64,000 bases of DNA, from assembly GCF_024700885.2 (NCBI RefSeq), contig NZ_CP117016.1; one strand, given 5' to 3'. The translations under genes were made by a program, and so were the position numbers. Source of the stretch: Escherichia coli (lineage in GTDB: Bacteria; Pseudomonadota; Gammaproteobacteria; Enterobacterales; Enterobacteriaceae). Shown here in pieces: positions 8,370-20,041 of this stretch; within the stretch, counting starts at the first letter, position 1, and every line of letters begins with the position of its first letter. The notes beneath the pieces were generated by a model. The model did not search any database. It was not told the origin of the DNA and was given only the letters and a program-made list of their open reading frames with translations.

Positions 8370-8377
8370 GTGACATG

Positions 8378-8674
8378 TCACGTTCCTTTTCTGAATGATA
8401 GCCATTCGAAAAATGATGACATTCCACCGCAGACAATAGCAAAGATGATCCCACCAAAGAAGAGAAGGCCAGCCTGCCACCACTCCCACCGCCATACATC
8501 CACAGCGCCAACCATACCAACAATCGCTCCAACAAATGGAATATAGCTCACGATGAAAGCGATGGGGGCTGCAATTATCCAGTGCAATCCCCACCATGAT
8601 TCAAGCCCAGCCATAATTGCTGCCAACTGAAAAAGACCAACGACGATATAAACAATGAATCCTATAGCTTGCAT
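8378..8674 (-). CDS. small integral membrane protein (3 TM, Trp-rich)
   Basis: 98 aa, almost entirely hydrophobic. AGGTGA RBS. Last gene of the leftward virion operon. Confidence 0.6.
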   Translation of the reverse strand: MQAIGFIVYIVVGLFQLAAIMAGLESWWGLHWIIAAPIAFIVSYIPFVGAIVGMVGAVDVWRWEWWQAGLLFFGGIIFAIVCGGMSSFFEWLSFRKGT

Positions 8675-8686
8675 GTAGTCACCTAT

Positions 8687-8860
8687 TTACCCAGTAAAAA
8701 TAAGAGGCCTCCCCTCAATAAGGCTTGCAACAAGAACTACTCCCTGCACAACAAAGATGAACCAGCAAATAGCTTGAGTCTGAGGGTTAAGAAAATATTT
8801 GTAGCGGTCAATAAATAACAATCCACCAGAAATTATCACACTCAAAATAATTAAAAACAC
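8687..8860 (-). CDS. small membrane protein (57 aa, GTG start), not in the ORF track
   Basis: Hand translation: (M)FLIILSVIISGGLLFIDRYKYFLNPQTQAICWFIFVVQGVVLVASLIEGRPLIFTG. AAGGAAG lies 4 nt upstream of the GTG. It fills the gap between two genes. Confidence 0.4.
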   Translation of the reverse strand: MFLIILSVIISGGLLFIDRYKYFLNPQTQAICWFIFVVQGVVLVASLIEGRPLIFTG

Positions 8861-8869
8861 AACACTTCC

Positions 8870-11344
8870 TTATTGCGGAGTGACATCCTGAGGTCGCCAC
8901 CAGTATGTCTGGTTAAACTCTTTCTTCGAACGTTGCTCCATTTTACGCAAATAGCCTGGTGAAAAATACTCCTGCATCTGGTTAAAGATCATGTGATCGA
9001 GAGCCGCCTTCAAGTACCAGAGATTCGCACCAGGCATCAAACCTTTCCCCAGCTTCACCAGATCACCACCAGTCTGCTCACTCTTCCCTTCCACAGCATT
9101 TAACGGTATGCCCTGAGCAATCTTCACTACGTCATCAACCAGACCAGCTACCGGGCCAAGCATCGACGCCAGCGCGCCGCTTCCGTACCTAGTGTGATCT
9201 GACAATAAAAAGTCACCGTACAGGCCAAGACCACCACCTTTCAGTAGAGCACCAAGCCAGAATTTTGCGGCATCTTCTCCTGTCATCTCTCGAGGATTAC
9301 GACCAGACGCAAGGTCGTTAAGTTGCTGCGACAAAGCGCCAAGAATGGTCGTACTGGCAATAAACGTCGCAATATATGCCGCACGCCCACCAGCAGACGG
9401 CATACCCATAGCGCGTGACCAGTGACGCATAACAACCGAGATAGGGAACGATTTAAACAGGAAAACACTTCTCGTTAATTCACCTTTCCATGTTCCACGC
9501 TGAATACCAGAACCGGTTATCAGTTGCTCACGTGCTCCCGGTGTAATAACAGCCATATCAACTTCTTCAGTTACGGCACCGAGCAGTTTACGCATTGCCT
9601 CAAATTTCACGCGTTCAGGCTCACCAAGATGTTTAACTGCTGAATCAGGGATACGCATAATGCTTTCCGGCGTCAGCATCGTATTATTACCGTTCCCCCA
9701 GTCCTCCTGTTGCGCCAACTTCCATACGCTCCAGTCTGTGTCAGTAATCCCTTTGCTTTTCAGGATACGAAAATCAGAGTCATCAAGGCTACGAAGGTCT
9801 GGTGTCCGTGACACTACTTCTCCCAGGCTTCCCATCATGGTTACGCCATAGGCGCGCTTGTGCGCATCTGACCATGCTGTAAGCCCACTGGCACGCATTA
9901 CCGCCGTTGCCGCCCAACGAGACACTGACGGCCCCATATTATCCATCGCCCAGCGGTTAACGCTGCCAAGTAGAGATTCCATCGCCAGACCAGCGCGGCG
10001 CGCCCGCACAAGTTCTGTACGGTTCGTTGGGTCCATAGCTTCAAGCTGGTTGCGGAATAACTGGTTCATTGGAAGGTTGGTAACCTTCGCAGACAGATAC
10101 ATGGTTCCAAGATCAGAGAACGATGACAGCAACGCGGATCCGAGCCTGCTGGCAACCAGCCAGTTGCGGATATTGTCAGACCATCGCGCGATGTGCGGAT
10201 TCGCTACAGGCTGTGTCTTTCCGGAAATAAAGTTGTACAGATTCTCTGTGTTGTTCGCCAGCCGCTCGACTTTACCGGTTTTACTCGGGTTAGCTGTTGC
10301 CGTTTCTGCCTTAACCTGATCAAGAAGGGAGCGGAAAACATGATCGGGGTTTGGACCATATGTTTCCACCAGAGCAATATCTTTACTGATACCTTCCAGG
10401 TGACCGACCATGATTTCCCATAGAGAGCGATCGCCATAAAGTTGTTGATATTGGAGATAGGAATCTGCATCTTTGAAATGTATCTGTCGTGATGCATTAC
10501 CACGGTTAGCACGTGCGCCGGAAATTCGCATTCCGGTATCAGTAAGCTTATTCAGCCCACCAGTAGCGATCGTGTTATAAGCCTCTCCAAGAAATGCAGA
10601 CAACTCGGCATCGTTCATCAGTTGTCCATCGGCTCTGGTATAATATTTGCGATCCAGCTTACCTATAACATCGCTAACCCACTTATCCTTTGATACCGCC
10701 CCAACCTTTTCCATAGAATGATGTTGAGGGATCCCCCAGTTTTCGAGATAGCCAATGTCCCCACCAGCATCATTAAACCGGCGGCGCAGCAGCTCTGCAA
10801 CTTCTCTCCACGCTTTAGCACCTTTTCTTGCTTTAGCATTGCCAGTATTTTGCCCCCGCATTTCATATACCAGGTCACGTACGCCCGCTTCATCTTCAAA
10901 CAGGCCAAAAAAGCGAGGATCAACTGCTTCAAATGCCTCCTGCAATTGACTCAATGCATAATCACGAGTGGCTTTTGTTCTGGATTCAACAGAGAGGAAA
11001 TTCGATTTACCGTCTGCATTAAAAGCAATAGTACGGTTAAGAGCGCCAAGTTTCCCATCAGCCCCTTGATAGCTATTGATAAATTTATCCAATCTCTGAC
11101 GTGCGGCTATAGTGAGAGCCACACGACGTTTCTTTAATGCCGCTTCTCGCTGTAATTCTTCAGATGCCAATTGTGCTGCACGATACAACCGTTCTGATTC
11201 GGAAAGTTGTCGCCACGACATCGGGTCATCACGAGCAATGGAGCGCATATTTCGATAAATGCGGTCTTCAATGTTCTGTATTTCTCGCGCCGTTAACGTG
11301 CGCTGCGCCGCCTGCTGGACCGCTTGTATACATTCCTGTCTCAT
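8870..11344 (-). CDS. large internal virion (ejection) protein
   Basis: 824 aa. Position and size fit the third of three large proteins downstream of the tail-tube genes in this phage group. Hydrophobic Gly/Ala-rich C-terminal segments. Confidence 0.6.
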   Translation of the reverse strand: MRQECIQAVQQAAQRTLTAREIQNIEDRIYRNMRSIARDDPMSWRQLSESERLYRAAQLASEELQREAALKKRRVALTIAARQRLDKFINSYQGADGKLGALNRTIAFNADGKSNFLSVESRTKATRDYALSQLQEAFEAVDPRFFGLFEDEAGVRDLVYEMRGQNTGNAKARKGAKAWREVAELLRRRFNDAGGDIGYLENWGIPQHHSMEKVGAVSKDKWVSDVIGKLDRKYYTRADGQLMNDAELSAFLGEAYNTIATGGLNKLTDTGMRISGARANRGNASRQIHFKDADSYLQYQQLYGDRSLWEIMVGHLEGISKDIALVETYGPNPDHVFRSLLDQVKAETATANPSKTGKVERLANNTENLYNFISGKTQPVANPHIARWSDNIRNWLVASRLGSALLSSFSDLGTMYLSAKVTNLPMNQLFRNQLEAMDPTNRTELVRARRAGLAMESLLGSVNRWAMDNMGPSVSRWAATAVMRASGLTAWSDAHKRAYGVTMMGSLGEVVSRTPDLRSLDDSDFRILKSKGITDTDWSVWKLAQQEDWGNGNNTMLTPESIMRIPDSAVKHLGEPERVKFEAMRKLLGAVTEEVDMAVITPGAREQLITGSGIQRGTWKGELTRSVFLFKSFPISVVMRHWSRAMGMPSAGGRAAYIATFIASTTILGALSQQLNDLASGRNPREMTGEDAAKFWLGALLKGGGLGLYGDFLLSDHTRYGSGALASMLGPVAGLVDDVVKIAQGIPLNAVEGKSEQTGGDLVKLGKGLMPGANLWYLKAALDHMIFNQMQEYFSPGYLRKMEQRSKKEFNQTYWWRPQDVTPQ

Positions 11345-11349
11345 TTAAT

Positions 11350-13152
11350 TTAACCTCTCAAGAAACACGCCACAGCAACATCAAACAGGCTGGAATCCTG
11401 TATTGCCTGCTCACTTTCCCTGTTCGCTTCATCCAGTACTTCTCGCGCGCTGCGCGATTGTGGATTACCATCATCATCCAGCACGGTGATTATCATGTCA
11501 GGTGATTCAAGCAGCGAGTCTTCAGCTATGCGAAGATCAATACCTCCCGCCTGATCCGCCATCATTTTTTGTTCTGCCTGTTGCAATATTTTACCAGGCT
11601 CAAAAGGAGCTACTTCGTCTGGCGTCCTGACCTCTGCTGTTTTATAGAATGAAACAGCCTGAGCATTAAGTTCACTTTCTGCCTGCTGTCTCCGAGCCAG
11701 TTCTGCTCGAGCTTCAAAAAACTGACCGCCAGGCTCGTGCGGTGCCAACGCGTTACGGGAAAATTCCAGGCGTTCTTGTGCCTGCCGGATTCGTTGATCA
11801 ATATCGCGAAGTCTGGCCTGTTTATCTGATCGAGCACGAGACAAAGCTTTACCGCTACCGGTTGGCTCTTCTGCAAGAATTTGTGCCCGCTGTTCAGTGA
11901 GATTTTCAATAATTCGTTGGCTATTAGCGATTTCAGACTGGTAAACCTGTCTATCGCCACGCGGCAAAAGCTGCGCGGCCTGTTCTTCAAGCAACCGATT
12001 TTCTATAGCGCGCGCCGTTACTCCATCATCTACAGATGACAGAGCCTCATTAACTGCCTGAGACAGCAGACTCTTGCGCCCAGGAATTTCACTGAAAGAT
12101 GCAGACTCAACAATGCTGGCAACGTCTACAGGTCTCCCCTGGCTAACATCAGACATAGCTTTTCGCAGAGCCTGAATGTGAGAATTGCGCGAAAGCACGT
12201 TGATCGGCACGCCGGGCGCAATATCAATTTCAGCATGATGAGCGGCATTCGCCGCCAGTGCAGCATCGATATCAACTGGTGAAAAATTTGGTGCGTTTGT
12301 AGACTCGCCGCGAGAGTTAATAAATCTGCCGACACCACCAAACGCCACCCCAAGAACAGCATCAATAGCAATTGACTGTCGATCCAACACATCATACTGG
12401 TTAGCCATTTCGCTATAGCCACCATCACGAAGCGTTTTTGCAGTAAGCCCACGCTGTGCCATACCGAACGCAATATTTGTACCTGCGGCATAGGCAATAT
12501 CTGGCGTTGCACGTACTGCTGTTGCTGCGGCGCGTCGCACTGAACTCTCACCCGTCCGCGCAAGCTGAGCCGCCACACCTTCCGCCAGCGCACCACCAGC
12601 ACGTAACCCGAGGCTCATAGGGATCAGTGTTCCGACACCAGCAGTAATGCCCTGCACTAATCCCGCTTCCTGCGCCGTCCTGAAATCAACACCCTGTGCT
12701 GTCAGCCGTTCAAACTCAGAAAAACCCTGTAGCGAAGTTACCGCCGCTGCACCTCCGACAGGACCACCGAGCGTTGTACCGACAACAGCCTGCCCGCCCA
12801 TATCGAACAACCCATAAAGAACCTGCCCGGCGGTTCCGGTTGTCGCGGCATCAGGCGTCAGCCGCTTAACCTGCTGCTCTGCTAGTTTTCTCTGCTCGGC
12901 AATGTATGAAACTGAAGTGTCATTGAGCGAGGTGTTTTCGTTAACAAACTGAGCAATCGGGGATACGATTTTATCCATCCCTGCCCAGAGCAACTGATCT
13001 GGCTTTGCCACCAGCCCGGAGTACAAACCAGACAATGCCGCTCCTACAGCATTGTCGAAAAAACCAACATCGCTGTTAAAGCCAGCTGGATTTGATGCTG
13101 CTTCGTCAAGCTGCTGATTCTGGTTTACTGGATTAAGGCCAAAGTAACTCAT
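11350..13152 (-). CDS. internal virion (ejection) protein, Gly/Ala-rich
   Basis: 600 aa. N-terminal half has TM-like Gly/Ala stretches; C-terminal half is a charged coiled coil. Confidence 0.6.
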   Translation of the reverse strand: MSYFGLNPVNQNQQLDEAASNPAGFNSDVGFFDNAVGAALSGLYSGLVAKPDQLLWAGMDKIVSPIAQFVNENTSLNDTSVSYIAEQRKLAEQQVKRLTPDAATTGTAGQVLYGLFDMGGQAVVGTTLGGPVGGAAAVTSLQGFSEFERLTAQGVDFRTAQEAGLVQGITAGVGTLIPMSLGLRAGGALAEGVAAQLARTGESSVRRAAATAVRATPDIAYAAGTNIAFGMAQRGLTAKTLRDGGYSEMANQYDVLDRQSIAIDAVLGVAFGGVGRFINSRGESTNAPNFSPVDIDAALAANAAHHAEIDIAPGVPINVLSRNSHIQALRKAMSDVSQGRPVDVASIVESASFSEIPGRKSLLSQAVNEALSSVDDGVTARAIENRLLEEQAAQLLPRGDRQVYQSEIANSQRIIENLTEQRAQILAEEPTGSGKALSRARSDKQARLRDIDQRIRQAQERLEFSRNALAPHEPGGQFFEARAELARRQQAESELNAQAVSFYKTAEVRTPDEVAPFEPGKILQQAEQKMMADQAGGIDLRIAEDSLLESPDMIITVLDDDGNPQSRSAREVLDEANRESEQAIQDSSLFDVAVACFLRG

Positions 13153-15956
13153 TGCGGAATATCTCCGGAGAATCTCTGACGCTTCTGTGTCAGATTAAGA
13201 ACAACGGGAGAACCATCATCTTTCAGCAGATAACCAGTACCAAGTTTCACCAGGTACTGACTATCGCCGTAACTTTGCAAACCATACTGACCAGGCGGTG
13301 TTTTTATCCCGGAGCCGACAACTTGTTCATTCCAAGCCTGATTAACCTGCTTATCGAATTGCTCTGCAGACATTCCCCACGGCAAAAGGACATTCCCCAT
13401 TCCGTTATAGTCATGCACGCCACCTGTAGCTACGTTAACAGCCTGTTTCCAGATATCATTGTCAATTTCGCCTGATACCACGCCTTTTTTCGCCATCACA
13501 CCAGCGTAATAATCCTTTGCGATCTCGTATGCCATTGATGCCCCCTGAGCGTCACCAGCAAATGCATCCTTCACCATGTCAGAAAACTCAAGGCGAAGAT
13601 CAGCATCTTTAGGCATCGGAATACCTTTCGCATCATCAGTACCTTTACGAGCCGCCGCGCCAGCAAGAATTGTCTGCGCAGCGGTTTCAGGAGACACGGA
13701 AACATCCGGATTAAACCAGTTTTTTTCTGCCAAAATACCACCAGGCTTATCCATCAGTATCCCGGCAACGGCAGCAGATGGAGCGTTGGCACTGATCTGC
13801 TGTAGTGCTGACATATACACCTGCCCACCACCAGTGCTCTGCCTGATGGTATCGAGATATGCTGCCTGTTGGGAAACTGGAGCATCACGAAAGAAAACAC
13901 CGATCTGATTGGCCTCGTCTTTGGAAAAGAACGTCAGTGGAGTGCCATATGACTTAGCAAGGTCACTGACCTGAGCGGCACGCAAGGCAACGCTCTGTCC
14001 AAAGTTATCCTTATTGCTCATGTCGATAGGCTTTGCCTGTCCGGAGGCAAGAGAGAACTGCACAGGATCCGACTGCCGCTGCTTTATCACCTGATTTGCA
14101 GCCGAAACAACGTTGTCATAAAGAGCTGCTCGTGCCGCATAGCCCTCCCCTGTATCACCAGTATCCGGGCGTAATTGCTCAACATATGCTGTAATGCTGC
14201 TTGTCGGCATGTTGCGGAAAGAGCCTATATACTGTCCAGCGATCTGCGTATTCTTAAACTCGGTATATCGCAGGTTTCCTTCTCTGACTCCATAAGCTGC
14301 AATAAAATCATCCTCACCAGGTGGGTTAGGAAATTCAACGCCACGCATATATGCAGCTGTCGCATCGCGAACCTGGCTGTCAATCATCGTTTTATATTCA
14401 GCCTGCTGCTGCCGACGCAGTTGATCCGCCTGTCGCATAAAACTTGCCTGCGCCTCAGGAGATGCCGCATCGAATGCTGCATTACCGGTATAGCGTTTGG
14501 TGTTGGTTGGAATTGTTGATAAACCAAGTGCTGCACTGACACCAGCAGTTAACTGCTGATCACTGTATGGCTGGCTACCGTTCTCATGATGGATAATGGC
14601 TGCACAAAGCGCCTTCAGGGTATCAGGATTTGATGCATCGAGAGGCTCATCAGCAGAAACGCCAAGTTGTTCGCACACTGCTTTGATATATGACATAGTG
14701 TCATTTTTATCAGTAGGCGGTGCCCAGCGATTAATTATCTCGCTGACTGTATCAATACCCTGCCGCTGATACGACATCAGGTTCCGCCCTAATGCACGAA
14801 TCCCGTGTTCAGGTGTTTCGAATTTAGCAAATCGACCATCATCACCGGTCTGGCCTACCCACGGATTAGTTTTGCTGTATTCGAGATTTCCTGGGTTGTT
14901 ATTACGGATACCGCGAGCACCACCTTTTACGTAATACTGATCCTGCTGTTCGTGAAGTTTCTCAGCATAGGCGGTCGCATTCTCAGGGTTATCGAATATT
15001 CCAAGGTGTTTTCCAGTTTTTTCATACAGAGCAATAGCTTCGTCATCGGAAAGCAATTTTCCATCATCACTGACGGTGGGAATGAGAACTTCTCCAGCTT
15101 CCGTGCCTATAGAAATTGTTCGAACGGTACTGATAGTCCCATCTTCATTTTTGACAGATGGGCGGTTGAAGAGATTAATATTTCCTTGAACAACCATTCC
15201 CTTTGTGGACTTTGGCTCTCCACCATAAGGATTAACAATAGCCCGCTTTGATCCAGCAGCAGTATCGCTTAGCTCGCCATTACTTTGGATAAATGAGATC
15301 GCATTGTTTGCCGACCACTGGGACAATGCTGCATCAGCAACCTTCTCTTTAAACTCGATTTTCTTGGCCTGTATTTGCTCGTCGCTCCAGCCATGTGCAG
15401 CACCGTACTCCTCAATTTGCTGGAAAGTTTGCTTATTAGCCAATATGTATGCGGCATTGTCGCCATACAATGCTGCGGCATTTTTACCATTGTTCAGCAG
15501 CGTCGCCTGAAACTGACCTTCTTCGTAGGCATTAATTTGCCCTATCTCGTGCCGCCCGGCCTGCGTAGTGAACTGAATGCGCTGCTGCTGTGCCTGCTGC
15601 ATGAAAGCATTACGAGTCTGTTCATCCGGCAGCGACATAGCCAGTTGTTCGACCTGAGCATCAAACTGCTGCGTATACTCCTGACCTTTTCCAATAGCAT
15701 TTTTCCCTTTCAGGTTAAGCAATCCTGTTTCAGTATTATTCAGCAGATCACTGCTTATCTGACTGAGGTTAAGAGATGCCTCCTGAGCCAGAGCGATATT
15801 GGCACGCTGTTTTGCCTGCCCCAAAACATCAATTGCCTCTGTCCCTGCCCGAACAAAAGCATCACTAATACCTGGCTGAGAAAACGTCTGCAAGCCTGCT
15901 GACTGAACTCCACGACTCTCAACCTGACGTCCGGATACTGTTGGTACGACTGGCAT
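13149..15956 (-). CDS. large internal virion protein with conserved central RNNNPGN domain (possible cell-wall-degrading function)
   Basis: Start set at ATG 15956 (MPVVPTVSG), overlapping the upstream stop as TAATG. Central motif [12 protein letters not shown]...GIRALGRNL...WAP. The enzymatic assignment is unverified. Confidence 0.6.
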   Translation of the reverse strand: MPVVPTVSGRQVESRGVQSAGLQTFSQPGISDAFVRAGTEAIDVLGQAKQRANIALAQEASLNLSQISSDLLNNTETGLLNLKGKNAIGKGQEYTQQFDAQVEQLAMSLPDEQTRNAFMQQAQQQRIQFTTQAGRHEIGQINAYEEGQFQATLLNNGKNAAALYGDNAAYILANKQTFQQIEEYGAAHGWSDEQIQAKKIEFKEKVADAALSQWSANNAISFIQSNGELSDTAAGSKRAIVNPYGGEPKSTKGMVVQGNINLFNRPSVKNEDGTISTVRTISIGTEAGEVLIPTVSDDGKLLSDDEAIALYEKTGKHLGIFDNPENATAYAEKLHEQQDQYYVKGGARGIRNNNPGNLEYSKTNPWVGQTGDDGRFAKFETPEHGIRALGRNLMSYQRQGIDTVSEIINRWAPPTDKNDTMSYIKAVCEQLGVSADEPLDASNPDTLKALCAAIIHHENGSQPYSDQQLTAGVSAALGLSTIPTNTKRYTGNAAFDAASPEAQASFMRQADQLRRQQQAEYKTMIDSQVRDATAAYMRGVEFPNPPGEDDFIAAYGVREGNLRYTEFKNTQIAGQYIGSFRNMPTSSITAYVEQLRPDTGDTGEGYAARAALYDNVVSAANQVIKQRQSDPVQFSLASGQAKPIDMSNKDNFGQSVALRAAQVSDLAKSYGTPLTFFSKDEANQIGVFFRDAPVSQQAAYLDTIRQSTGGGQVYMSALQQISANAPSAAVAGILMDKPGGILAEKNWFNPDVSVSPETAAQTILAGAAARKGTDDAKGIPMPKDADLRLEFSDMVKDAFAGDAQGASMAYEIAKDYYAGVMAKKGVVSGEIDNDIWKQAVNVATGGVHDYNGMGNVLLPWGMSAEQFDKQVNQAWNEQVVGSGIKTPPGQYGLQSYGDSQYLVKLGTGYLLKDDGSPVVLNLTQKRQRFSGDIPQ

Positions 15957-16501
15957 TATAATCCTCCGGGTAATCTGGTTCCTGCTGCTGCCCCGATTGG
16001 CGCAGGGGTGCTTTGAGTAAACGGACTCCACGTCCCACCAAACATCTGGTACGCACCGTATGCCTTCAGAGGCGCAGTGAGCAATGTTGTTGCTGCTCCC
16101 ACATTCCCCTGTTTACGGGCTGAACTGGCTTCTGCTTTATAGTTGGCAGCCTGAACCTGATAACCGTAAGCCTCGCGTTGCGCGTTATTCACCGTCGTCA
16201 GCGAATCAAGAGCGCCAAACTGGGCAGTGTCGCCAAATATATCCAGCGCGTTACCGGTAGATAAATCGGCGCCGGTCGCCCCCATTGTCGCCGCCTGTGT
16301 ACCAAGCCGCTGTCGGGTCTCTCTGCGCCGTTGCTCAGCTTCAGCGTTACCTCTGTTTATTGCATCATTTGCCTGAGCTGTGGCTATATCTGCGTTCGCT
16401 TCTGCAACCTTCGAGGCATACTTTCCCTGTTGGTACTGGGTGTATGCCTGAATGCCACTCATGGCGAGCATTGCGCCACCAGCAATAACCGGATCGCACA
16501 T
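15956..16501 (-). CDS. virion internal protein (Ala/Gly/Gln-rich)
   Basis: 181 aa; translationally coupled on both sides within the tail/ejection operon. Confidence 0.5.
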   Translation of the reverse strand: MCDPVIAGGAMLAMSGIQAYTQYQQGKYASKVAEANADIATAQANDAINRGNAEAEQRRRETRQRLGTQAATMGATGADLSTGNALDIFGDTAQFGALDSLTTVNNAQREAYGYQVQAANYKAEASSARKQGNVGAATTLLTAPLKAYGAYQMFGGTWSPFTQSTPAPIGAAAGTRLPGGL

Positions 16502-16965
16502 TATTTTCTCTCCATGTGAAATCTGTGGAAATTAAGACCAAGAGCACCATAAGGCGCGGCTTCTTCAAGCCTGAATCCAAGCCAGTGCAGCCATGCTTTG
16601 GCAACATGGTTTCGCTCGTCGACGTAGTTTTCCAGGCGTGGATAAACTGCCAGCATCTGCTGCAATACAGGGCGGCAGTGGCGAAGAAATGTCTTCTGAT
16701 ATTTTTCAATACGGCTGGTTCCTACCAGCCAGGGCGTACCATTGCCACCGATCATTGACGCCGGAGATACGCCAAACATGGTTACCAGTTCTCCGTTCGC
16801 AAATCCTGACCAGGCCATAGTCGCAGTGCGAAGACCAACACGCAGCGCATCTTCGGTAGTCATCAGCGATACCGCATACAGTTCGTCAATATCAGCCTGA
16901 CGAACATCCGGAAAAATCATCTGAAGATGCTCTTCGGTAGCGGGAACAATTCGAACATCGATCAT
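16501..16965 (-). CDS. conserved podovirus morphogenesis protein (acetyltransferase-fold-like?)
   Basis: 154 aa. C-terminal ...ENYVDERNHVAKAWLHWLGFRLEE resembles a GNAT-type beta-alpha-beta element. Resemblance by eye only. Confidence 0.4.
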   Translation of the reverse strand: MIDVRIVPATEEHLQMIFPDVRQADIDELYAVSLMTTEDALRVGLRTATMAWSGFANGELVTMFGVSPASMIGGNGTPWLVGTSRIEKYQKTFLRHCRPVLQQMLAVYPRLENYVDERNHVAKAWLHWLGFRLEEAAPYGALGLNFHRFHMERK

Positions 16966-19436
16966 CAGAATCCCCCAACAGTAAGGCGAGGAATAACGGC
17001 AAGAACAGACAGCGGCAACGGGTCAAGCTGACGGATTCTTACACGTCCGTTTTTGCCCCAGTTACTGTCCAGTTTCACTTCTACTTTTCCGGTAGCGTCA
17101 TCAACAGGATCATCGTAGAACTCGAATTCACGCTGTGGATATTCGTACCATTTACCGCCGGGCGTAGTCGCCCAGATGCCGCGGCTGGCATTCACAACCA
17201 GAGTAACGGATGGGATCACCTGTTTTTTGTCCAGCAGCGTTTCCTGTCCGTTAATGTTGATATCCAGTGTTTCGAATTCAGCAGTTATTGGCAGGCCGAT
17301 GTGCACTACAGCCCCCGGTGATTCCAGCGTGACGGCGCCTCCGGAAACTACTTTCTGTGGTTCCACGTTCGCATCAGAGAGGATGTTTACGGTCTGACCT
17401 TCAAGATGAGACAAGCCGCCAAATGCCCGGCGCGCCATCTGCCAGTTCGTGGTGGCCACATTCCTGAGGGATGGCGGGACGTTCCTGTTAGCACGAACCA
17501 CTACAGCGGTGTTGCTGGTTACAGAAATAATGTCGCAACGTAATTCTTTTGACACTTCATCGCCAGTATCAGGATCAGTTCCGGTATAAGGGAACTGTAG
17601 TTGCGCACCGACATCACTACTGGTGAAGTACGCACCGCCAGAAATACTGATTGTATATTCCGCGCGGTAATCCCATTCGCCAGAACCACCAGTGATGGTC
17701 ATCGTTCTGTCAGACGTATTTCTTCCATCATAGCTAAGGCCAGAATCAACAAAGAAAGCATCTTCATCGCTGGTAAATAAACGGCTGGACAGTCTCTCGA
17801 TGTATCTCACTGTTTGCCCGTTAACGGTTCGGTTAACGACGAAATACACCGCATCTTCATTTCCTTCGCTGATACTGCATGTGCTTTCATATTTTCCGGT
17901 ACTGGATTGTGGTGCCCATGCAAAAACCTGCTGATCACGCAAATAGGTCATCACCAGTAATTTACCGTCATCACGAATGCAGAAGGCGCTGGAGTAAGGG
18001 ACAATAGAGAAGCACCAGTCAACAATGCTGTGCTTCTGAAAAAGATGATTGGCAAGGATGGTCAGGTCGTTCCCCTGATAGCCGTCAACATCGAATGAGT
18101 AGGCCAGATCACGGACAACACTGCCTTTCTCCTGGACGAACAGAGCAATATTCGCCACGGCAATTGGTGGGACATTGCTCGAGCCATTTGATCCCTGAGA
18201 GCTGAATGCAAATGATGATGGGGTTAACACTTTGTTCTGGTCGCCGGTGATGACGTACTCACCTCCGGAAGTCAGTGCCACCAGCGAACCGACATCAATC
18301 AGGTGGCGGATCTCATTAACCTGACGCCCGGCATAGGTGTAGATAATTCTGTCGTTATCCTGCGTAGGATTGCTTTTGCCAAAATCCTTATAATCCCCAG
18401 TACGGCTGGCCCAGATAGTCTGAGGGAACGCAGTCGATGCGGCGAAGTAAAGACGTTGTTGATAATAAACAACAGTGCCAGGATAACCATTAACACTGTT
18501 CCAGGCATATTTAGCCCATTTATAGCTGGCATTATCCTCGCCAACGACCTGCGAAGGGATATAGGAAATCACCTCGGCAGTTGCAGTAGTGCCGTTTACA
18601 GCAGTGATACGGGCAATGCCAAACCCACTGTGCAGATACTCCCACTCAATGCCAGTATTATCATCACCGGATCCGCCCCAGCCATCCCATGATGTGCCTT
18701 CTGTATGCGAAGGGCGCAAAGTACCAGTTTTGCCTGCTGTAACGGCGCGATAGTAGTTACTGTCTGCACGGCGAATATCACCAATCGACGTACTCTTACT
18801 GGTTTCCCATACCGGCACTGAATCCACTGCTGGCTGTTCCAGATAGAACAATTTGCCTACCTGCTCCGCGCCAAAAATAGAGGCGCTTGCCGTTAACGTA
18901 ATTGTCCCGGTGCTGGCGCTGGCATAAACCGTCACTGACTCGTCAATATTGATATCTTCAAATGGCCCGTTCTTCGTTACCACATCAACCAGTTGCCAGT
19001 TGTCATGCGCATAGCGGCGCAACTCTTTCGGCGGGTATGCCGGATGAACCAGCGTAAGCACGTCTGCGCTTTGCGTGAATTTAATTCTGAACAGATCGGC
19101 TTCAGTATATGGCGTGGCAATTTCATAAATAACATTGCTGCTGTTCAGCACCAACGCACCATCTTTGATAACGCGCATGTACTGGTGTCCGAACTCCAGA
19201 GCATAAGTCTGAACCGTCGAGAACTGGAACGGGATCAGGCGGCATTTCCGATTTGGGTATTTGGCGGCACCGACAAAACGCGTACCAGGTCGATTCTCAA
19301 CGCCGCCATACTGCCGCACGATAAAGTTATCGCACTTGCGCAATGCCACCTGGTACTTCGCCATGTCGATACGACCGTACAACGACGGTCCAATCTCACC
19401 ACCGGCAAAGCTGGGCTGGATCCAACTGATAGCCAT
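16965..19436 (-). CDS. tail tubular protein B-like (nozzle)
   Basis: 823 aa. N-terminus MAISWIQPSFAGGEIGPSLYGRIDMAKYQVALRKCDNFIV is characteristic of T7 gp12-class proteins. Confidence 0.7.
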   Translation of the reverse strand: MAISWIQPSFAGGEIGPSLYGRIDMAKYQVALRKCDNFIVRQYGGVENRPGTRFVGAAKYPNRKCRLIPFQFSTVQTYALEFGHQYMRVIKDGALVLNSSNVIYEIATPYTEADLFRIKFTQSADVLTLVHPAYPPKELRRYAHDNWQLVDVVTKNGPFEDINIDESVTVYASASTGTITLTASASIFGAEQVGKLFYLEQPAVDSVPVWETSKSTSIGDIRRADSNYYRAVTAGKTGTLRPSHTEGTSWDGWGGSGDDNTGIEWEYLHSGFGIARITAVNGTTATAEVISYIPSQVVGEDNASYKWAKYAWNSVNGYPGTVVYYQQRLYFAASTAFPQTIWASRTGDYKDFGKSNPTQDNDRIIYTYAGRQVNEIRHLIDVGSLVALTSGGEYVITGDQNKVLTPSSFAFSSQGSNGSSNVPPIAVANIALFVQEKGSVVRDLAYSFDVDGYQGNDLTILANHLFQKHSIVDWCFSIVPYSSAFCIRDDGKLLVMTYLRDQQVFAWAPQSSTGKYESTCSISEGNEDAVYFVVNRTVNGQTVRYIERLSSRLFTSDEDAFFVDSGLSYDGRNTSDRTMTITGGSGEWDYRAEYTISISGGAYFTSSDVGAQLQFPYTGTDPDTGDEVSKELRCDIISVTSNTAVVVRANRNVPPSLRNVATTNWQMARRAFGGLSHLEGQTVNILSDANVEPQKVVSGGAVTLESPGAVVHIGLPITAEFETLDININGQETLLDKKQVIPSVTLVVNASRGIWATTPGGKWYEYPQREFEFYDDPVDDATGKVEVKLDSNWGKNGRVRIRQLDPLPLSVLAVIPRLTVGGF

Positions 19437-20041
19437 CAGGACAACCTCGCAATGGTAAACTCGTCAACCGGTGGCTGTGGTTCCTGTGATTCATTCTGGC
19501 TATGCGAGCCAGCACTAAGAATCACGCGATTGTACATATTGAGGGCAAACGTACCGAGGTCTGCATTCCCAGTCAGCGCCATGTTAATAGCTGCCGCAAG
19601 ACGCCAGGCCAACGCCTCCATAAAAATGGCATCAAACATGTTCACATCTGTAACACGAGAGACATACTTGAGCCATGCCTGAGGCTGGTCTGTGTAGATC
19701 AACTTTCCTGTTCCGTTGGTGTCTACACCTACTTCGTACTGAACGCGCATTGCTGCTGTTGGATTGCGTACACCAGGAAGCATAATTTCAGTAATGCGCA
19801 GACAATCGGACGGGTACTGATACGCATATTCCCAGTCAGGCGGTAGATTGCTCGTATCTGCAAGCGCCACGCGTTTGGTAGCAAAGTTCCAGTCAAAATC
19901 AGAAAGCACAGCATCACGGCAGGCCTCAAAGTGCAGCGAACATTCCCCCGCTTCCTTGCTGGCTTCCGTCAGGCTGTTAATGCTGCGGCTATTGCCAATA
20001 TTGGACAGCGCACGATTGCAGATCTCTACTACAGAGGCCAT
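19436..20041 (-). CDS. tail tubular protein A-like (adaptor/gatekeeper)
   Basis: 201 aa. N-terminus MASVVEICNRALSNIG...FDWNFA is typical of T7 gp11-class proteins. ATGA-type coupling with the neighbouring gene. Confidence 0.65.
   Translation of the reverse strand: MASVVEICNRALSNIGNSRSINSLTEASKEAGECSLHFEACRDAVLSDFDWNFATKRVALADTSNLPPDWEYAYQYPSDCLRITEIMLPGVRNPTAAMRVQYEVGVDTNGTGKLIYTDQPQAWLKYVSRVTDVNMFDAIFMEALAWRLAAAINMALTGNADLGTFALNMYNRVILSAGSHSQNESQEPQPPVDEFTIARLS

Noticed and set aside
4819-8870. Diversity-generating retroelement near the tail genes (the head genes resemble the BPP-1/epsilon15 lineage, and BPP-1 carries a DGR)
   Set aside because: No reverse-transcriptase-like ORF is present, and I saw no template/variable repeat pair near the tailspike 3' end.
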